A stretch of DNA of 64,000 nt from Octopus vulgaris (GCA_951406725.2 OX597826.1:48794001-48858000); one strand, 5' to 3'; shown: positions 39,541 to 52,417, numbered from the stretch's first letter. The notes: generated by a model not told the origin, from the sequence alone. A program made the numbers and translations.

Positions 39541-39887
39541 ACATACATACATACATACAATCGCATACATACATACAATCACATACATGCATACATACAT
39601 ACATACATACATACATACATACATACATACATACATACATACATACACACACACATATATACATATATTAAATTACAAATTAACAACAGTTTTAGTAATA
39701 TAAATATTGTCAGTCACACACAGATATTTGCTGCAAGATAGCATACAGGGAAACTTCCCCAAACAACACCAAGTGTTAAAGAACACCTGACTGTCACAGA
39801 CCAGGTGAGATGACTCACCTCAGAATCACCAAGAATGGCAGGTACTAATATTTTGTCATTCCTGTGACTTATCAATATTATATTCTC

Positions 39888-39929
<42 letters not shown>

Positions 39930-40153
39930 GGTGGTGGTGGTGGTGGTGGTGGTGGTGGTGGTGGTAGTACTAGTAGTAGTAGTAGTAGTTGTAGTAGTAG
40001 TAGTAGTAGTAGTGACTAAAGAGTGGAGTGACTCCATACTGCACCCATAAATCCTGAACGCCCAAACTGGAGCACTACCACTGGCTACAATTCAATGTCT
40101 TGCCCAGGACTAAACTATTTCTGCATACCCTTTAAAATACAGGGTTGTTAGGG

Positions 40154-40380
40154 CTGACCCTTTAACACTCAGATTACTCTGTCAAACATATTGCTTCTTT
40201 GCTCAAATTATTTTAAATTAATCATACGTTATCTCATAGCTTTGAGATTTCAACGATGTGATTGTTCGTTTTCAGAATGACATTGTAGGGTATGTAGAGG
40301 GGCCTGATCTGGCCAGTTGGAACATACAACAAGCAGAAAATTTGTGCTGGATATGACTGGTTTGAATACTGAGGTGTTAA
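40154..40380. mobile_element. Probable TTAA-type (piggyBac-like) MITE, decayed
   Basis: Ends CTGACCCTTTAACACTCA / TGAATACTGAGGTGTTAA are imperfectly inverted; a related end lies at 15341-15405. Confidence 0.5.
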
Positions 40381-41548
40381 ACCACCTTTGATAAGAGATC
40401 TGGTCTATCAGGGTTCACCTGGAGTTCAACAATAACAACAACACCACCAACAGCAACATCACCATCATCAACAAGAGCAACAACACATTGGAAATTATGG
40501 ATAATGTTTGAGTCTAAATTTTTTATTTCTTTTTTCTTTTGGCTTGGTTCTTTTTTTTTTTGGAGCTTCTGTCAAATTTTATTTTTATTTCATTTTATTT
40601 TATTTTATTTATTTGTTTATTTATTTGTACCCAGCCAAAATCTTTGTACCCAGTGAAAATAACATGTTGCCTTGAATCACTGTTTTGAAGTGTTTTTCTA
40701 GCAAATTCTTTGATGACAACGTTTTTAATGTCTTCAAGTAAACGAAGATTGTTGAGTTGCAAGTGGCCTTTTACAATCACTTTCCTCCTTTTTTCATCAA
40801 AAAAAAAAAAAACCCAACAAATTTTTAAATGTTTTGGAAACAATTATTATAAAGTACATTGTTGTTATTTTTGTTCTCTTTGGTGTAGCTGCTGTTTAGC
40901 CCTAGGTTACTCCTGATCAAAGAGATGATCTATGACCAAACGCATTCCAACTTTGACCAACACACCCTTTTAGCATTACTTAGAACTACATTATCAAATG
41001 CATCTCATTCCCCAATTTGTTTGTTTGTTAAAACAATCACTTGTGATTTCAGGAGATTTGAACTGTTATTTCTAGCAGTTTTACTGACCATGTAGAGGCC
41101 CTTTGGGCTCAAGGTTCATATGATTCTCCTATATCATGTGGAATCACATGGCTTGCTACTGTTTAGGTACCACTGCTATTAAAATAATGTTTCCTGGTTT
41201 AGGCTTAAAACCATCAATTTTACAGGGAAGGCTTGAGGTTAGAAATATTGTTGTCAGTGTTGTTATTGTTTAAACCCCAGATCAGAGTCTTCTACTATAG
41301 CATAAGGCCAACCAGGAAACTGAAGGAAGCTTGTTGCTGTGTCGGTTCCACATTAAATCTGTGCTGGTGCCACGTTAAAAGCAGCCAGTACATTTTGTAA
41401 AGTGGTTTCCATTAGGAGGGGCATTTGGCTGTAGAAATCATGCCAAAACAGACAAATGTAGCCTAGACAAATCTCCAGTTGGCCAGCCTTTGTTGAATGA
41501 TGATGATGATGATGATTATATATGTATATATGTATATATATGTATATG

Positions 41549-41618
<70 letters not shown>

Positions 41619-41625
41619 CATATAT

Positions 41626-41662
<37 letters not shown>

Positions 41663-41745
41663 TCATCATATATATATATATATATTCGACGGGATCATCA
41701 TCATCATCATCATCGTTTAGTGGGTGCTTTTTACGTGCCACCTGC

Positions 41746-41784
<39 letters not shown>

Positions 41785-41788
<4 letters not shown>

Positions 41789-42048
41789 GATGTACTTGCA
41801 TAGCAAGTGATTTGATCTGAGATCGTGTGCTGAAACGAAAACAATTGCAGCGTGAAAGGTGTTTGTAAGCCATTTAAGAAACACACAAAAACCGTTCGAT
41901 TCACTTCAACATTTAAGTTTAATTTGTCAAAATATTTTCGTTGCTTTAAGACCACGATGACAAAAATCCGTGCTGCATCTCAGAGATGCAGCACGCATTT
42001 TTGTGTTTCTTAAATGGCTTACAAACACCTTCCACGCTGCAATTGTTT
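41785..42048. mobile_element. (TA)n-flanked element with inverted partial copy
   Basis: Homologue of 9918-10110; about 41839-41885 is mirrored at 42002-42048, with a central hairpin CGTGCTGCATCT-CAG-AGATGCAGCACG. Confidence 0.8.
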
Positions 42049-42194
42049 ATATATATATATTATATATAGGAAAGAGAGTTTGAAAATGCAGAGGTCTTTT
42101 AAAGATGTTTAATGACTTGACCGGTTTCACTTTTTAAAAAAAAAGATTATCAAAAGTAAAATGCAAAGCTTTGTATAAGCTTTGTTGTGTTAAA

Positions 42195-43400
42195 AAATGG
42201 TTATCATGATTGTATTAAAATACATTTATGGTTCAATTCCAGTGGGAAAATCAGCACACACTCTGATTTAATTATTCTTTTTCTTAACGAACACAGTTGG
42301 TGCTGCCTATTGACTATATTCCACTTTTTGAATAACTCCAATTCTTTCTAGTCTCTCTAACTCTAAGTTGCCATGGGCAATTTTTGAAGTTTCATTTAAT
42401 CTAGGTCTCCCAATCTTTTTCCATGTATCTGCATTAATAATTGAGATGTCACTGTCTGCATCTAACCATAACTTTATGTTTGTGTAATTAATTTTTACAT
42501 ACACAAATTTTCTTTGAGGCTCATTTCTATTTTTTGTCTCTGATAATCCATCTACATGATTTTTTCTGTTGAACCCTTTTTGAGGTTCTGTTCCACAGTG
42601 CAAATGTTTATGGCCTATTTTACCACACTTGTAGTATTTTATATTTTTAAACAGACAGCTGTTTTTAAACTGTAGACCCCTACACCCATAACATAGATTT
42701 GGTTTTGATATTTTTTCTCTTGTTTTCTAGTCATTACCGGTTGATATGCCTGAATCTGAGAACAATCTTTCTCTTCAATTTTATTTGCATCATGTCATAG
42801 ATTAATAATCCTCTGACATTCTTCTGCTACTGCCTGCAGAGTTAAATTTTGGTCTTGGTCTAATTTTGTTAATATCCAAGAACATATATCTGCATCTTTG
42901 CATGCAGTAAGCCCTTGAACAAAAATTAAAGAATTGAACTCATTCAATTTGAATTTCTCATACTCTCGGTTAACCACTCTGGTGATGAAATCTTCATCTA
43001 TTTGTACCAAATTTAAACATTACCAGCGAGTATTGAACAGGAAACATCTTTCATTGAAAAATTTTGATAAGAAATTGTTTCATTGAACCAAATCTCACCT
43101 GGCTTCTTCAGCAGAAAATTATTACTATATTTTTAAGTTTGGCAGGAGATAACTTTCTGAGAAGTAGTCATACTTTTTTCTCGTTGGACCAATTTTTACA
43201 TTCCTCTTTGAAGATTTCTTCATATCTTTGAAAATATGCAGAAAAGGTAATCCCTTCTTCTGGATTATAGCTGAATTCTTCAATTGAATTTGTTATGCTG
43301 TCTGGCAAGTATGAAGTATTTTCAGACTCCTTCAACATTAATTCCAGCAACTGTTGGTTTTGTTGTTGTTGCTGCTGCTGCAATTGCTGTTATAACTGCT
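42195..43400 (-). pseudogene. Ty3/Gypsy gag-protease-RT relic
   Basis: Gag FSYNPEEGITFSAYFQRYEEIF and LIFVQGL, Zn-knuckle remnant KCGKIGH, protease LWLDADSDISII, RT start LERLERIGVIQKVEYSQ*AAPTVFVKK..IRVCADF. Confidence 0.9.
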
Positions 43401-43555
43401 GTGCTGTAATTGCTGTTATTGTTGCTGTTGTTGCTGTTACATCTGCACCATAGAGGCCTATAAGTTAAAAGATTTTTCTTTGATTTCATACCAAGAAACA
43501 AAATTTTTTTAAACGTCCAACTCAAGCTTCGAACAACTCATCACCACTTTTATAT

Positions 43556-43777
43556 CGTAGTATTGAATATGTAATATAACAAAGCAGGGGAGGAAGAAAG
43601 TATATACATGATGCACTACTATTACTATTACACGAGACTCAATAATGCTCTATATCAAAGGCTCACAGGGAACTGCTACCAACACAAACTGCCAATCACT
43701 CACAGTTCTTTATTTTATAATGATAAATCACTCCACCTTTAGTCACTTGGCGGTGTGGTTGGAATCCTTCCACTACA
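43556..43777 (-). mobile_element. 5' LTR of the Gypsy relic
   Basis: Minus strand TGTAGTGG...ATACTACG with inverted ends and internal AATAAA, followed after a few bases by a PBS-like TGGTGATGAG upstream of gag. Confidence 0.65.
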
Positions 43778-43809
43778 TTAATACATATATATATATATAT
43801 ATATATATG

Positions 43810-44018
43810 AAGCTGACAGAATTGTAAGCACAGCAGGTAAAATGCTTAGTGGCAGTTTATGCGTCTTTACATTCTGAGTTCAAATTCCACCAAGGTTGAC
43901 TTTGCCTTTCATCTTTTTGGGGGTTATTAAATCAAGTACCAGTGGAACACTGGGGTCAATGTAATCAACTAGTCTCCTTCCCCAAAATTTCCAGCCTTGT
44001 CCTTTTAGTAGAAAAGAT
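43810..44018 (+). mobile_element. SINE family B, decayed
   Basis: Homology to 10779-11011. Confidence 0.8.
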
Positions 44019-44020
44019 TA

Positions 44021-44079
44021 AAATTGAACAGGAGTACAAGTGTAATTATATATATATATATTACTATATTATTACTAGT

Positions 44080-44155
<76 letters not shown>

Positions 44156-44181
44156 ATTACACTTGTACTCCTGTTCAATTT
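44021..44181. repeat. 30-bp perfect inverted repeat around a (TA)n core
   Basis: AAATTGAACAGGAGTACAAGTGTAATTATA / TATAATTACACTTGTACTCCTGTTCAATTT. Confidence 0.92.
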
Positions 44182-45190
44182 GTAAGTCCAGATTATGGAT
44201 TACAGATTATAACTTGAAAATGTAACATCCTTCAGTTTCCCTTGTATTTTATATACACACACATACACACACACACACATGCACACACATACACACACAT
44301 AAACATATACAATGAATGATGTGTTACCTGCGGTTATAATTTACTAAATTTTCCATGCAAAACATTGTTCACCCTGGGGCTATAATAGAAGACATTTTCA
44401 CAAGGATCCATTCTCAGAACAGATTAGAAACAGTGTATTCAAGAACCAAACTTCATAACAACACAGCCACCCCTGTGCTTCCTTAACAGTTTAAACACTT
44501 TATATTATTATTTCGCTGATGTGGAGTCTTAGAATTCTTCAGCTTTGCTTCTTAATCACAAGATTAACTTAGAGAAATATTGTTACAATATAATACTATA
44601 TTACACCATAAAAACAGTTACAGAATTTAGATTAATCCCCAACTCTTACACACATATGTATATATCCGTACACACAACATAATTCTATACATACACATAT
44701 ATGCATACACAGATATTCCAAACCCCACTCAAAAATATTCTGACTTGATGACAACTGGTCCCAATGCCATCTGCTAGAACCATCAAATTTTGGTTCCTTT
44801 ATACCTAGCAGCCTGTCTCCTGTGCGATACACACCGGTATTGATATAGATATATATACACGTGTGTGTGTGTGTGTTTGTGTGTGTGTGTTTGTGTGTGT
44901 GTGTGTATGTGTGTGTGAATGTGTGTGTGTATGTGTGTATGTATGTGTCTATAAATATGACTCTGTGTGTATGCATGTATCTATGTATAAATTTATGTAT
45001 ATCTGTGTATGTGTGTATATATTCTATATATATATATATAGACACGTACTGATTGGGTTTCGACATACAACTAGTTCACCGTCATGCTTCAGATTAGACT
45101 CGAGTTTATACATGTATAGATGTAAGCATGTGTGTGTGTGTGTATATATATATTTATATATGTATATATATATGAATGTATTTACATATG

Positions 45191-45221
<31 letters not shown>

Positions 45222-45245
45222 TCACACACAGACATATATGTATAT

Positions 45246-45277
<32 letters not shown>

Positions 45278-45657
45278 GTATATACATATACATTCATATA
45301 TATATGTATATACATATACATATACATATATATGTATATATATATGTATATATATATACATATACATATATATATATATATATATAACGTAGGTATAAGT
45401 ACATATGTGTATGCATAGACATTCATTTATACATATGTGTGTATGCATGTGTGTGTGTGTCTTTGTGTTTGTGTGTACATATGACTGTGTATTCACATTC
45501 ATTCACATTCAAATAGTTCCCTAGTTGTATTTGTTTCCATTCGTTAATAATCAAACATGCTCACACATACACATTCATAATCACATGCACAAACACATAC
45601 ACCTGTAGCAAATCAGATTTCACATGAGATAATAGTTACACACACAAACACACTCAC

Positions 45658-45690
<33 letters not shown>

Positions 45691-45816
45691 TGTATGTATG
45701 TATGTATGTATGCATGTATGTATATGTATATACATCTGTATCATTCATTTACATAGCTTACTATCAGATATAGTATTATTTTTCATATACACACATTAAC
45801 AAACGCACACATGCTC

Positions 45817-45852
<36 letters not shown>

Positions 45853-46155
45853 ACACTCTCTCTTTCTTTCTCTCTCTCTCTTATACATTCTCTCTTTCTT
45901 TCTCTCTCTTTTACACTCCCTCTTTCTATCATTTACACTCTTTCCTTTATTCACACACATTCACATGCAGAGGCACCCTCCACACACACACATATCCACC
46001 TTCCCTCTGTCTTTCTCTGGTTTCTTTCATTAGATCATCGTTTGTTGTTTCATTCCTTTTCTCTTTCATTCAATATATCTGTCTATCTATTTATTTATCT
46101 TCGTCTCTGAATGTCTATCTATGTTCATCTATATATCTATTTCACAGTCTAGTTA

Positions 46156-46206
<51 letters not shown>

Positions 46207-46519
46207 CTATCATTCCTCTCTCTCCTTTTCCCTTTACATCATCATCATTATCCACATCATTTAACATCCATGTTCCCAACTGGCAAAGGTTGGGCACTTT
46301 AACAGGATCCAATGGGCACAAGGATTTCATCATGTTCCTGCATGCGCCTTAGCATGGTTTCCATGGCTGGATGCCCTTCTTAGTGCCAACCACTTTACAG
46401 CATGTACTCAGCACTGGATTAACCATTAAGTGAAATAAGCACATGCTCAGAGCATCAAGGGAAGTGGGGCACCATAGAAATGGTAAATGGTCTACAGCAC
46501 AAAGAAAAAATCAGGGTTG

Positions 46520-46743
46520 ATAAATTAAGTACCAGTTGCATGCTGGGGTCAATCTAATCAGCTGGCCCCCTCCCCAAAAGATTCAAAACCTTGTGCCTAG
46601 AGTAAAAAAGAATATTATATTAGTAAGTTTAAAAACTTACTAATATAATATTCTTTTTTACTCTAGGCACAAGGTTTTGAATCTTTTGGGGAGGGGGCCA
46701 GCTGATTAGATTGACCCCAGCATGCAACTGGTACTTAATTTAT
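46520..46743. repeat. Perfect palindrome (111-bp arms, 2-bp spacer) from a SINE B tail plus flank
   Basis: 46520-46630 is the exact reverse complement of 46633-46743. Confidence 0.97.
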
Positions 46744-46841
46744 TGACGCTGAAAGAATGAAAGACAAAGTCGACATCAGCAGAATTTGAACTCAGAGCAT
46801 AAAGACAGATAACTTACTAAAATAATATTCAAAGTGGTTTA

Positions 46842-47047
46842 CAATAATCTCTCAACTATTGTGGGTGTTACGTTCCAAAACCTCCCACAGAAATAATTAC
46901 AATCTAAAAACATATAAATACCTATCAACCACAGAAACTCATGATATGCTGAGGAGTCTGTGATATAAATTTACATATATTAGCCAGAAAAATCTGTGAT
47001 GTACTGAGTGTGTGATAGGTGAACCACGATATGATGAGGGATTACTG
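46842..47047. mobile_element. Tigger/pogo-like MITE
   Basis: TA|CAATAATCTCTCA ... TGAGGGATTACTG|TA imperfect TIRs with TA flanks. Confidence 0.65.
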
Positions 47048-47059
47048 TATATGTTCAGT

Positions 47060-47290
47060 AAGGTGGCGAGCTGGCAGAAACTTTAGCACGCTGGGTGAAA
47101 TGCGTAGCCGTATTTCTTCTGCCGTTACGTTGTGAGTTCAAATTCCGTTGAGGTTGACTTTGCCTTTCATCCTTTCGGAGTCGATAAATTAAGTACCAGT
47201 TATGCACTGGGGTCGATGTAATCGACTTAATACCTGTCTGTCCTCGTTTGTCCCCTCTGTGTTTAGCCCCCTGTCGGTAGTAAAGAAATA
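47060..47290 (+). mobile_element. SINE family B with TSD
   Basis: Flanked by TGTATATGTTC(A/G)GT direct repeats. Confidence 0.9.
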
Positions 47291-47726
47291 TGTATATGTT
47301 CGGTTATATAATTTCGAAGTGTTTCTGGTGTCATGGCGAGGATCTAGTCAAAGACTTTGCAATTAGAAAATGTAAGAGAAAGCTTTTAAAATATAAAGTG
47401 GAAGTCATCATCATCATCATCATCATCATCATTTAACATCCGTTTTCTATGCTGGCATGGGTTGCACAGTTTGATAGGAACTGGCCAGCTGAAAGGCCGC
47501 CCTGGCTTCATATCTGTTTGGGTGTGGTTTCTATTGGTGGATACCATTCCAAATGCCAAGCACTTTACAGAGTGTACTGGGGGCTTTTATGCTGCACCAG
47601 CATGGGTGCTTTTTACTTAGAAGTAGCAATATACAAAAATGAATATTATTTTCCAGCTTAGTTTCGTTTCATTTTGAAAAATAAAAATCTACCTTACGGG
47701 TTTTTCCTGTTTACATTTTGAATTAC

Positions 47727-47890
47727 ATCATCATCATCATCATCGTTTAACGTCCGTTTTCCGCGCTAGCACGGGTTGGACAGTTCGACCGGGTCTGGGA
47801 AGCCAGGGGCTGCACCAGACTCCAGTCTGATCTGGCAGAGTTTCTACAGATGGATGCCCTTCCTAACGCCAACCACTCCGCGAGTGTACA
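47727..47890 (-). mobile_element. Retroposon family D (young copy)
   Basis: CpG-rich copy; an older copy lies at 47405-47615. Confidence 0.82.
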
Positions 47891-48002
47891 TATATATCTT
47901 TAAATGCTTAGGACTTCGATGGGTCTTAATCCAGCTCTGTATATACTGAGTGCATTTTTGTGCCACCAACAAAAGTGAGGTTACTATACAGCTATGCAAA
48001 CC

Positions 48003-48236
48003 TATTTCTTTACTACCCACAAGGGGCTAAACGCAGAGAGGACAAACAAGGACAGACAAATGGATTAAGTCGATTATATTGACCCCAGTGCGTAACTGGT
48101 ACTTATTTAATCGACCCCGAAAGGATGAAAGGCAAAGTCGACCTTGGCGGAATTTGAACTCAGAATATAGCGGCAGATGAAATACCACTAAGCATTTCGC
48201 CCGGCGTGCTAACAATTCTGCCAGCTCGCTGCCTTA
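48003..48236 (-). mobile_element. SINE family B with TSD
   Basis: Flanked by TATGCAAACCTAT direct repeats (about 47993 and 48235). Confidence 0.9.
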
Positions 48237-48347
48237 TGCAAACCTATGAACTCCAAGGGGGTAACTTTGTTCTAAGAGAATAGGAAGCAAAGGAGTAAAG
48301 TGCTACAAAAGAAAGGGCTGGAGCAAAACAAGTTTCTTGCCATTGAG

Positions 48348-48780
48348 CAGGGGTTCTCAACCATTTTTTTTACCTATGGGTCTCTTTGATTACTGTTCTT
48401 TTCCTGTGGACCCCCATAGCCATTCAAAGTTTTAAAACTGGTTTTATAGATATTTCTTTCAAAATACCTATTTTGATTTTCACACATTAACTTGTGTGGG
48501 GTAAACTGTGTAAAATGTTACAGAAAGAAACCTCGCAGTTTTTGGCAATATATACATCTAAAGCAGAGGTTCTCAAACATTTTTATATTTAAGGATCACT
48601 TTGATTACTGTTCTATTCTGGTAGACCCTCTAAAACCATTCAATGTTTAAAAACTAGTTTTATAGATACTTCTTTCAAAATTCCTATTTGGCTTTTCACA
48701 CATTTACATGTGTAGGCTGAACTGGGTAAAACATCTGAGAAAGAAATTTAACTGTTTCTTGCAATAAATACATCTGAATC
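48348..48780 (+). mobile_element. Tandem duplicate (~215 bp x2) of a hAT-Charlie-like end
   Basis: CAGGGGTTCTCAACC and CAGAGGTTCTCAAAC start two similar units; a reversed related end lies at 7262-7298. Confidence 0.65.
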
Positions 48781-48937
48781 AGTGTCAGTGGTTCCCATAG
48801 TGGGTGGTACTGACCCCCTGAGGATAGTGGAAAGATCCAAGAAGGTGCTGAAGAAAAGGTGGCTAAATTAAGTACCAGTGAAACTTTGTAACTGACTAGT
48901 ATTCACCACCCACCAAATTTCAGACCTTGTGCTTTTA

Positions 48938-49008
<71 letters not shown>

Positions 49009-49369
49009 CATTATTGCTGTGAGCAGTACTAATTTATCGAATGAAGGCTTGAAACCCGAGTTCTTCAAATTGGTCGCCTCTGTCTAGAGAACTTTATCAA
49101 GCAAATGGAGTCATTTTCTTTGATAGTGATAAAATTAAAGGTTTTTTTCCCCACCCTGACAGGCCTATTATCAAGAGATAAAATACCGATGATAAAATAG
49201 AGATAATTTTTTTTTATTGTTGTTTTCTTTTTCTTTTGTTAGGTGAGGGGGAGGAGATAATTATTATTATTATTACATTGTGTTGTTATTTTGGGGGGTT
49301 GTTTCGGTTTTTTTTAACCATATTTTAAATAATTTTTATCACTTAAAATTTATCATCATCAACACCATC

Positions 49370-49426
49370 CTCATTATTATTGTTGTTGCTGTTGTTATTA
49401 TTGTCATTACTGTTATTTTTGTTGCG

Positions 49427-49489
<63 letters not shown>

Positions 49490-49548
49490 GTTATTATCAT
49501 TATTATTATTATTATTATTATTGTTGTTATTATTATTATTATTGTTGC

Positions 49549-49603
<55 letters not shown>

Positions 49604-49615
49604 ATTATTATTATG
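49370..49615. repeat. (ATT)n microsatellite
   Basis: Read directly from the sequence. Confidence 0.95.
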
Positions 49616-50078
49616 TGGGGGGAGTCTTTGCTTTGTTTTTAAACTTGCTTATTTTTTTTTTCCTGGTATCCGTTCATCATGGAAAGTTCTTTAATTTAAA
49701 CGATATGAAAAGAAAAGGAACATCAACTTGCAAGCTACAGACACAGTATGAGAGTGAGTTTAAAGTGTAGGATAATCAAGGGTGTTGGTGCTGCAGGCAA
49801 CACAGAAGAGGGGATGAAAGTGCCGACAGGAATTACACTGAACAAAGGTCTGCTACCAAGGTTAACAGCAAGAACCTCTAGTTGTTCTATTTTGATTTCA
49901 TATCATGTATTTCTGAACATGTGTTGGCTATAAGCTTACAATAGCCTTGTCACTGGTTGATTTTGTTTCCCCTGATGAGAGTAACAAGGGAGTGTCTATG
50001 TGACTTGGGCAGAACAAACATTATAAGGGATTTATAGCTTGCCAATGTGTATATCTTTCACCTATATTAATATATGTA

Positions 50079-50141
<63 letters not shown>

Positions 50142-50150
50142 ATATAGGAA

Positions 50151-50262
50151 TAATTATATTGAGGGTCGGCCAATTGCCTCACCACGTACTGAATTAGAAA
50201 TAGACACTAATGTCTTTTCAACTACCATGGTGAGGCAATTGGCTGACCCCTCATTATAATTA
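50151..50262. repeat. Foldback inverted repeat (~38-bp arms) beside (TA)n
   Basis: TAATTATATTGAGGGTCGGCCAATTGCCTCACCA / TGGTGAGGCAATTGGCTGACCCCTCATTATAATTA. Confidence 0.85.
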
Positions 50263-50394
50263 TGTATATAATTATAGAATATTTTGTATAATTTATCTAA
50301 AATAGTTTTTTAACATACTGACTACTTGGTAAAATTATTATCATTATTATATATACCCTATATATATATATATATTATATACTTTATATACACT

Positions 50395-50589
50395 TTAAAA
50401 GCAGCAGAAATTCAACAAAACCTGTTACTCAGAGTTTCACATTCCTATTCGTCTGACAAATAGGGAACGTGAAACTCCGAGTAACAGGTTTTGTTGAATT
50501 TCTGCTGCTTTTAAATAAAGCATATTACTCTACCCCTGGTATTTGAGTACTCTTTTTTCCACCTTGTTTCACATTTATGTGTTTACTCC

Positions 50590-50590
<1 letters not shown>
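50395..50590. mobile_element. Penelope-like terminal fragment with foldback hinged at a hammerhead core
   Basis: 50395-50453 mirrors 50455-50514; the forward copy reads CTGACAA..GAAA-CTCCGAG-TA-ACAG (homologue of 13354-13425) and continues to (TA)n at 50591. Confidence 0.75.
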
Positions 50591-50628
<38 letters not shown>

Positions 50629-50631
<3 letters not shown>

Positions 50632-51001
50632 GGTGATTCAAAAGTCTCCATACACAGGAAAAATTTTTTTTTTTTATATGAAACAGTTTGTAAGATCTGC
50701 TAGATCCCCTGATCTGACCCCTCTTGATTTCTATCTTTGGGGGCATTTGAGAGGCATGGTGTATCATGGAAAGATTAAAGACATAAATGATACGAAGGAA
50801 AGCATCTCGAACTCATTTGCACACATATCACCAGATGTGCTAATACGAGTTCACAATGAGTGGCGTAAACATATTGCAATGTGTATTCAAAACAATATTA
50901 ATCATATAGAGCCTGTTAAATAAAAAAATACCTGTTCTTATAAACTGTTTCTTATAAAAAGATAAATTGTTCCTATGTATGGCGACATTTAAATCAACCT
51001 G
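50629..51001 (+). mobile_element. Internally deleted Tc1/mariner-superfamily element with both TIRs
   Basis: TIRs CAGGGTGATTCAAAAGTCTCCATACACAGGAA / TTCCTATGTATGGCGACATTTAAATCAACCTG; retains ARSPDLTPLDFYLWGHLRGMVY...CIQNNINHIE. Confidence 0.88.
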
Positions 51002-51030
51002 CGTGTATGTGTGAATATATATATATATAT

Positions 51031-51194
51031 GAGTGGCTGTGTGGTAAGTAGCTTGCTAACCAACCACATGGTTCCGGGTTCAGTCCCACTGCATGGCATC
51101 TTGGGCAAGTATCTTCTGCTATAGCCCCGGGCCGACCAATGCCTTGTGAGTGGATTTGGTAGACGGAAACTGAAAGAACCCTGTCATATATATC

Positions 51195-51225
<31 letters not shown>

Positions 51226-51440
51226 ATCTGTTTGTGTGTCTGTGTTTGTCCCCCTAGCATTGCTTGACAACCGATGCTGGTGTGTTTACGTCCCCGTCAC
51301 TTAGCAGTTCAGCAAAAGAGACCAATAGAATAAGTACTGGGCTTACAAAGAATAAGTCCCGGGGTCGATTTGCTCAACTAAAAGGTGGTGCTCCAGCATG
51401 GCCACAATCAAATGATTAAAACAAGTAAAAGAGTAAAGAG
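51031..51440 (+). mobile_element. SINE family A
   Basis: Full head and tail. Confidence 0.9.
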
Positions 51441-51474
51441 TATATATATATATATATCTATATATGAATATGTT

Positions 51475-51532
<58 letters not shown>

Positions 51533-51699
51533 AAGTCCACACTTTGTATGTATGTAGTGTGTGCACATAAGTGCTTGCGAAGTAAACGAAGATTTACATC
51601 CCCAAAACAGTGTTTATTTGTTCCTTTGCTTGCTTGCGTGGAACATACCTAGCAGCAGTTTTTGGAAATAATATGATCTTAGACTGGTTAAGTGATGTA

Positions 51700-52110
51700 C
51701 GACACTACTGGTTATCATCTATTATGTATTAGGGGTGTCTTTTTTGAAACTCTCAAGGAAGAATTTGATGATAGATTTACAAGATGAAATCACTTCGTTC
51801 TTTTTGCTCAAGAGCTTTGGACTTTAAAACAAAAGGATTGTACACTGTACCAGTGCCACAAGTGCAGTCTACATAGAGCTTGTTCCATCGTTATTACCTG
51901 GAAAATACCATTACACTTTCCACAAGTTGTCCTTGCTGACCCGCTAATATCATTCATAAGGTCAACAAAGAGATCGGAAGTGGGTAAATTACATATGATG
52001 TTCTCACTGGCCACCACTGGGATGATTTTCATCTTCTGATAGTTGTAGAGTGTTTTTTTTTTACACACCAATTCCCTGAGTGATGTTATCTCAGGATAAA
52101 TGCAGCAGTA
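51700..52110 (-). pseudogene. Highly decayed LINE (RTE-like) reverse transcriptase relic
   Basis: LFVDL followed, in a shifted frame, by VSKDNLWKV, resembling FVDxxKAFDSVxRxxLW; weak. Confidence 0.4.
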
Positions 52111-52323
52111 ACTGGCCTATCACTTTTGTATGTACATTGAGTATGATACATAAATGGCTATTTTAATTTAATACTGCAACAGTTGTGTTTATCGGATATA
52201 TATGTATGTAAGTATTTATATTTATGCATGTATGTAAATATATATGTATATATGTGTGTGTATATCTATATGTAAACACACACACACACACACATATACA
52301 TTCACATATATGCATATATGTAG

Positions 52324-52417
<94 letters not shown>

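Larger units (their letters stand above)
46409..47939. mobile_element. hAT-like non-autonomous element carrying nested insertions
   Basis: TIRs CAGCACTGGATTAA / TTAATCCAGCTCTG; 8-bp flanks CATGTACT / TATATACT; the host family D element (from 46235) resumes after 47940. Confidence 0.65.

Noticed and set aside
45050-45105. Minus-strand CTGAAGCA..GTCGAAAC hammerhead-like string
   Set aside because: The core is non-canonical and stems I and III do not pair.
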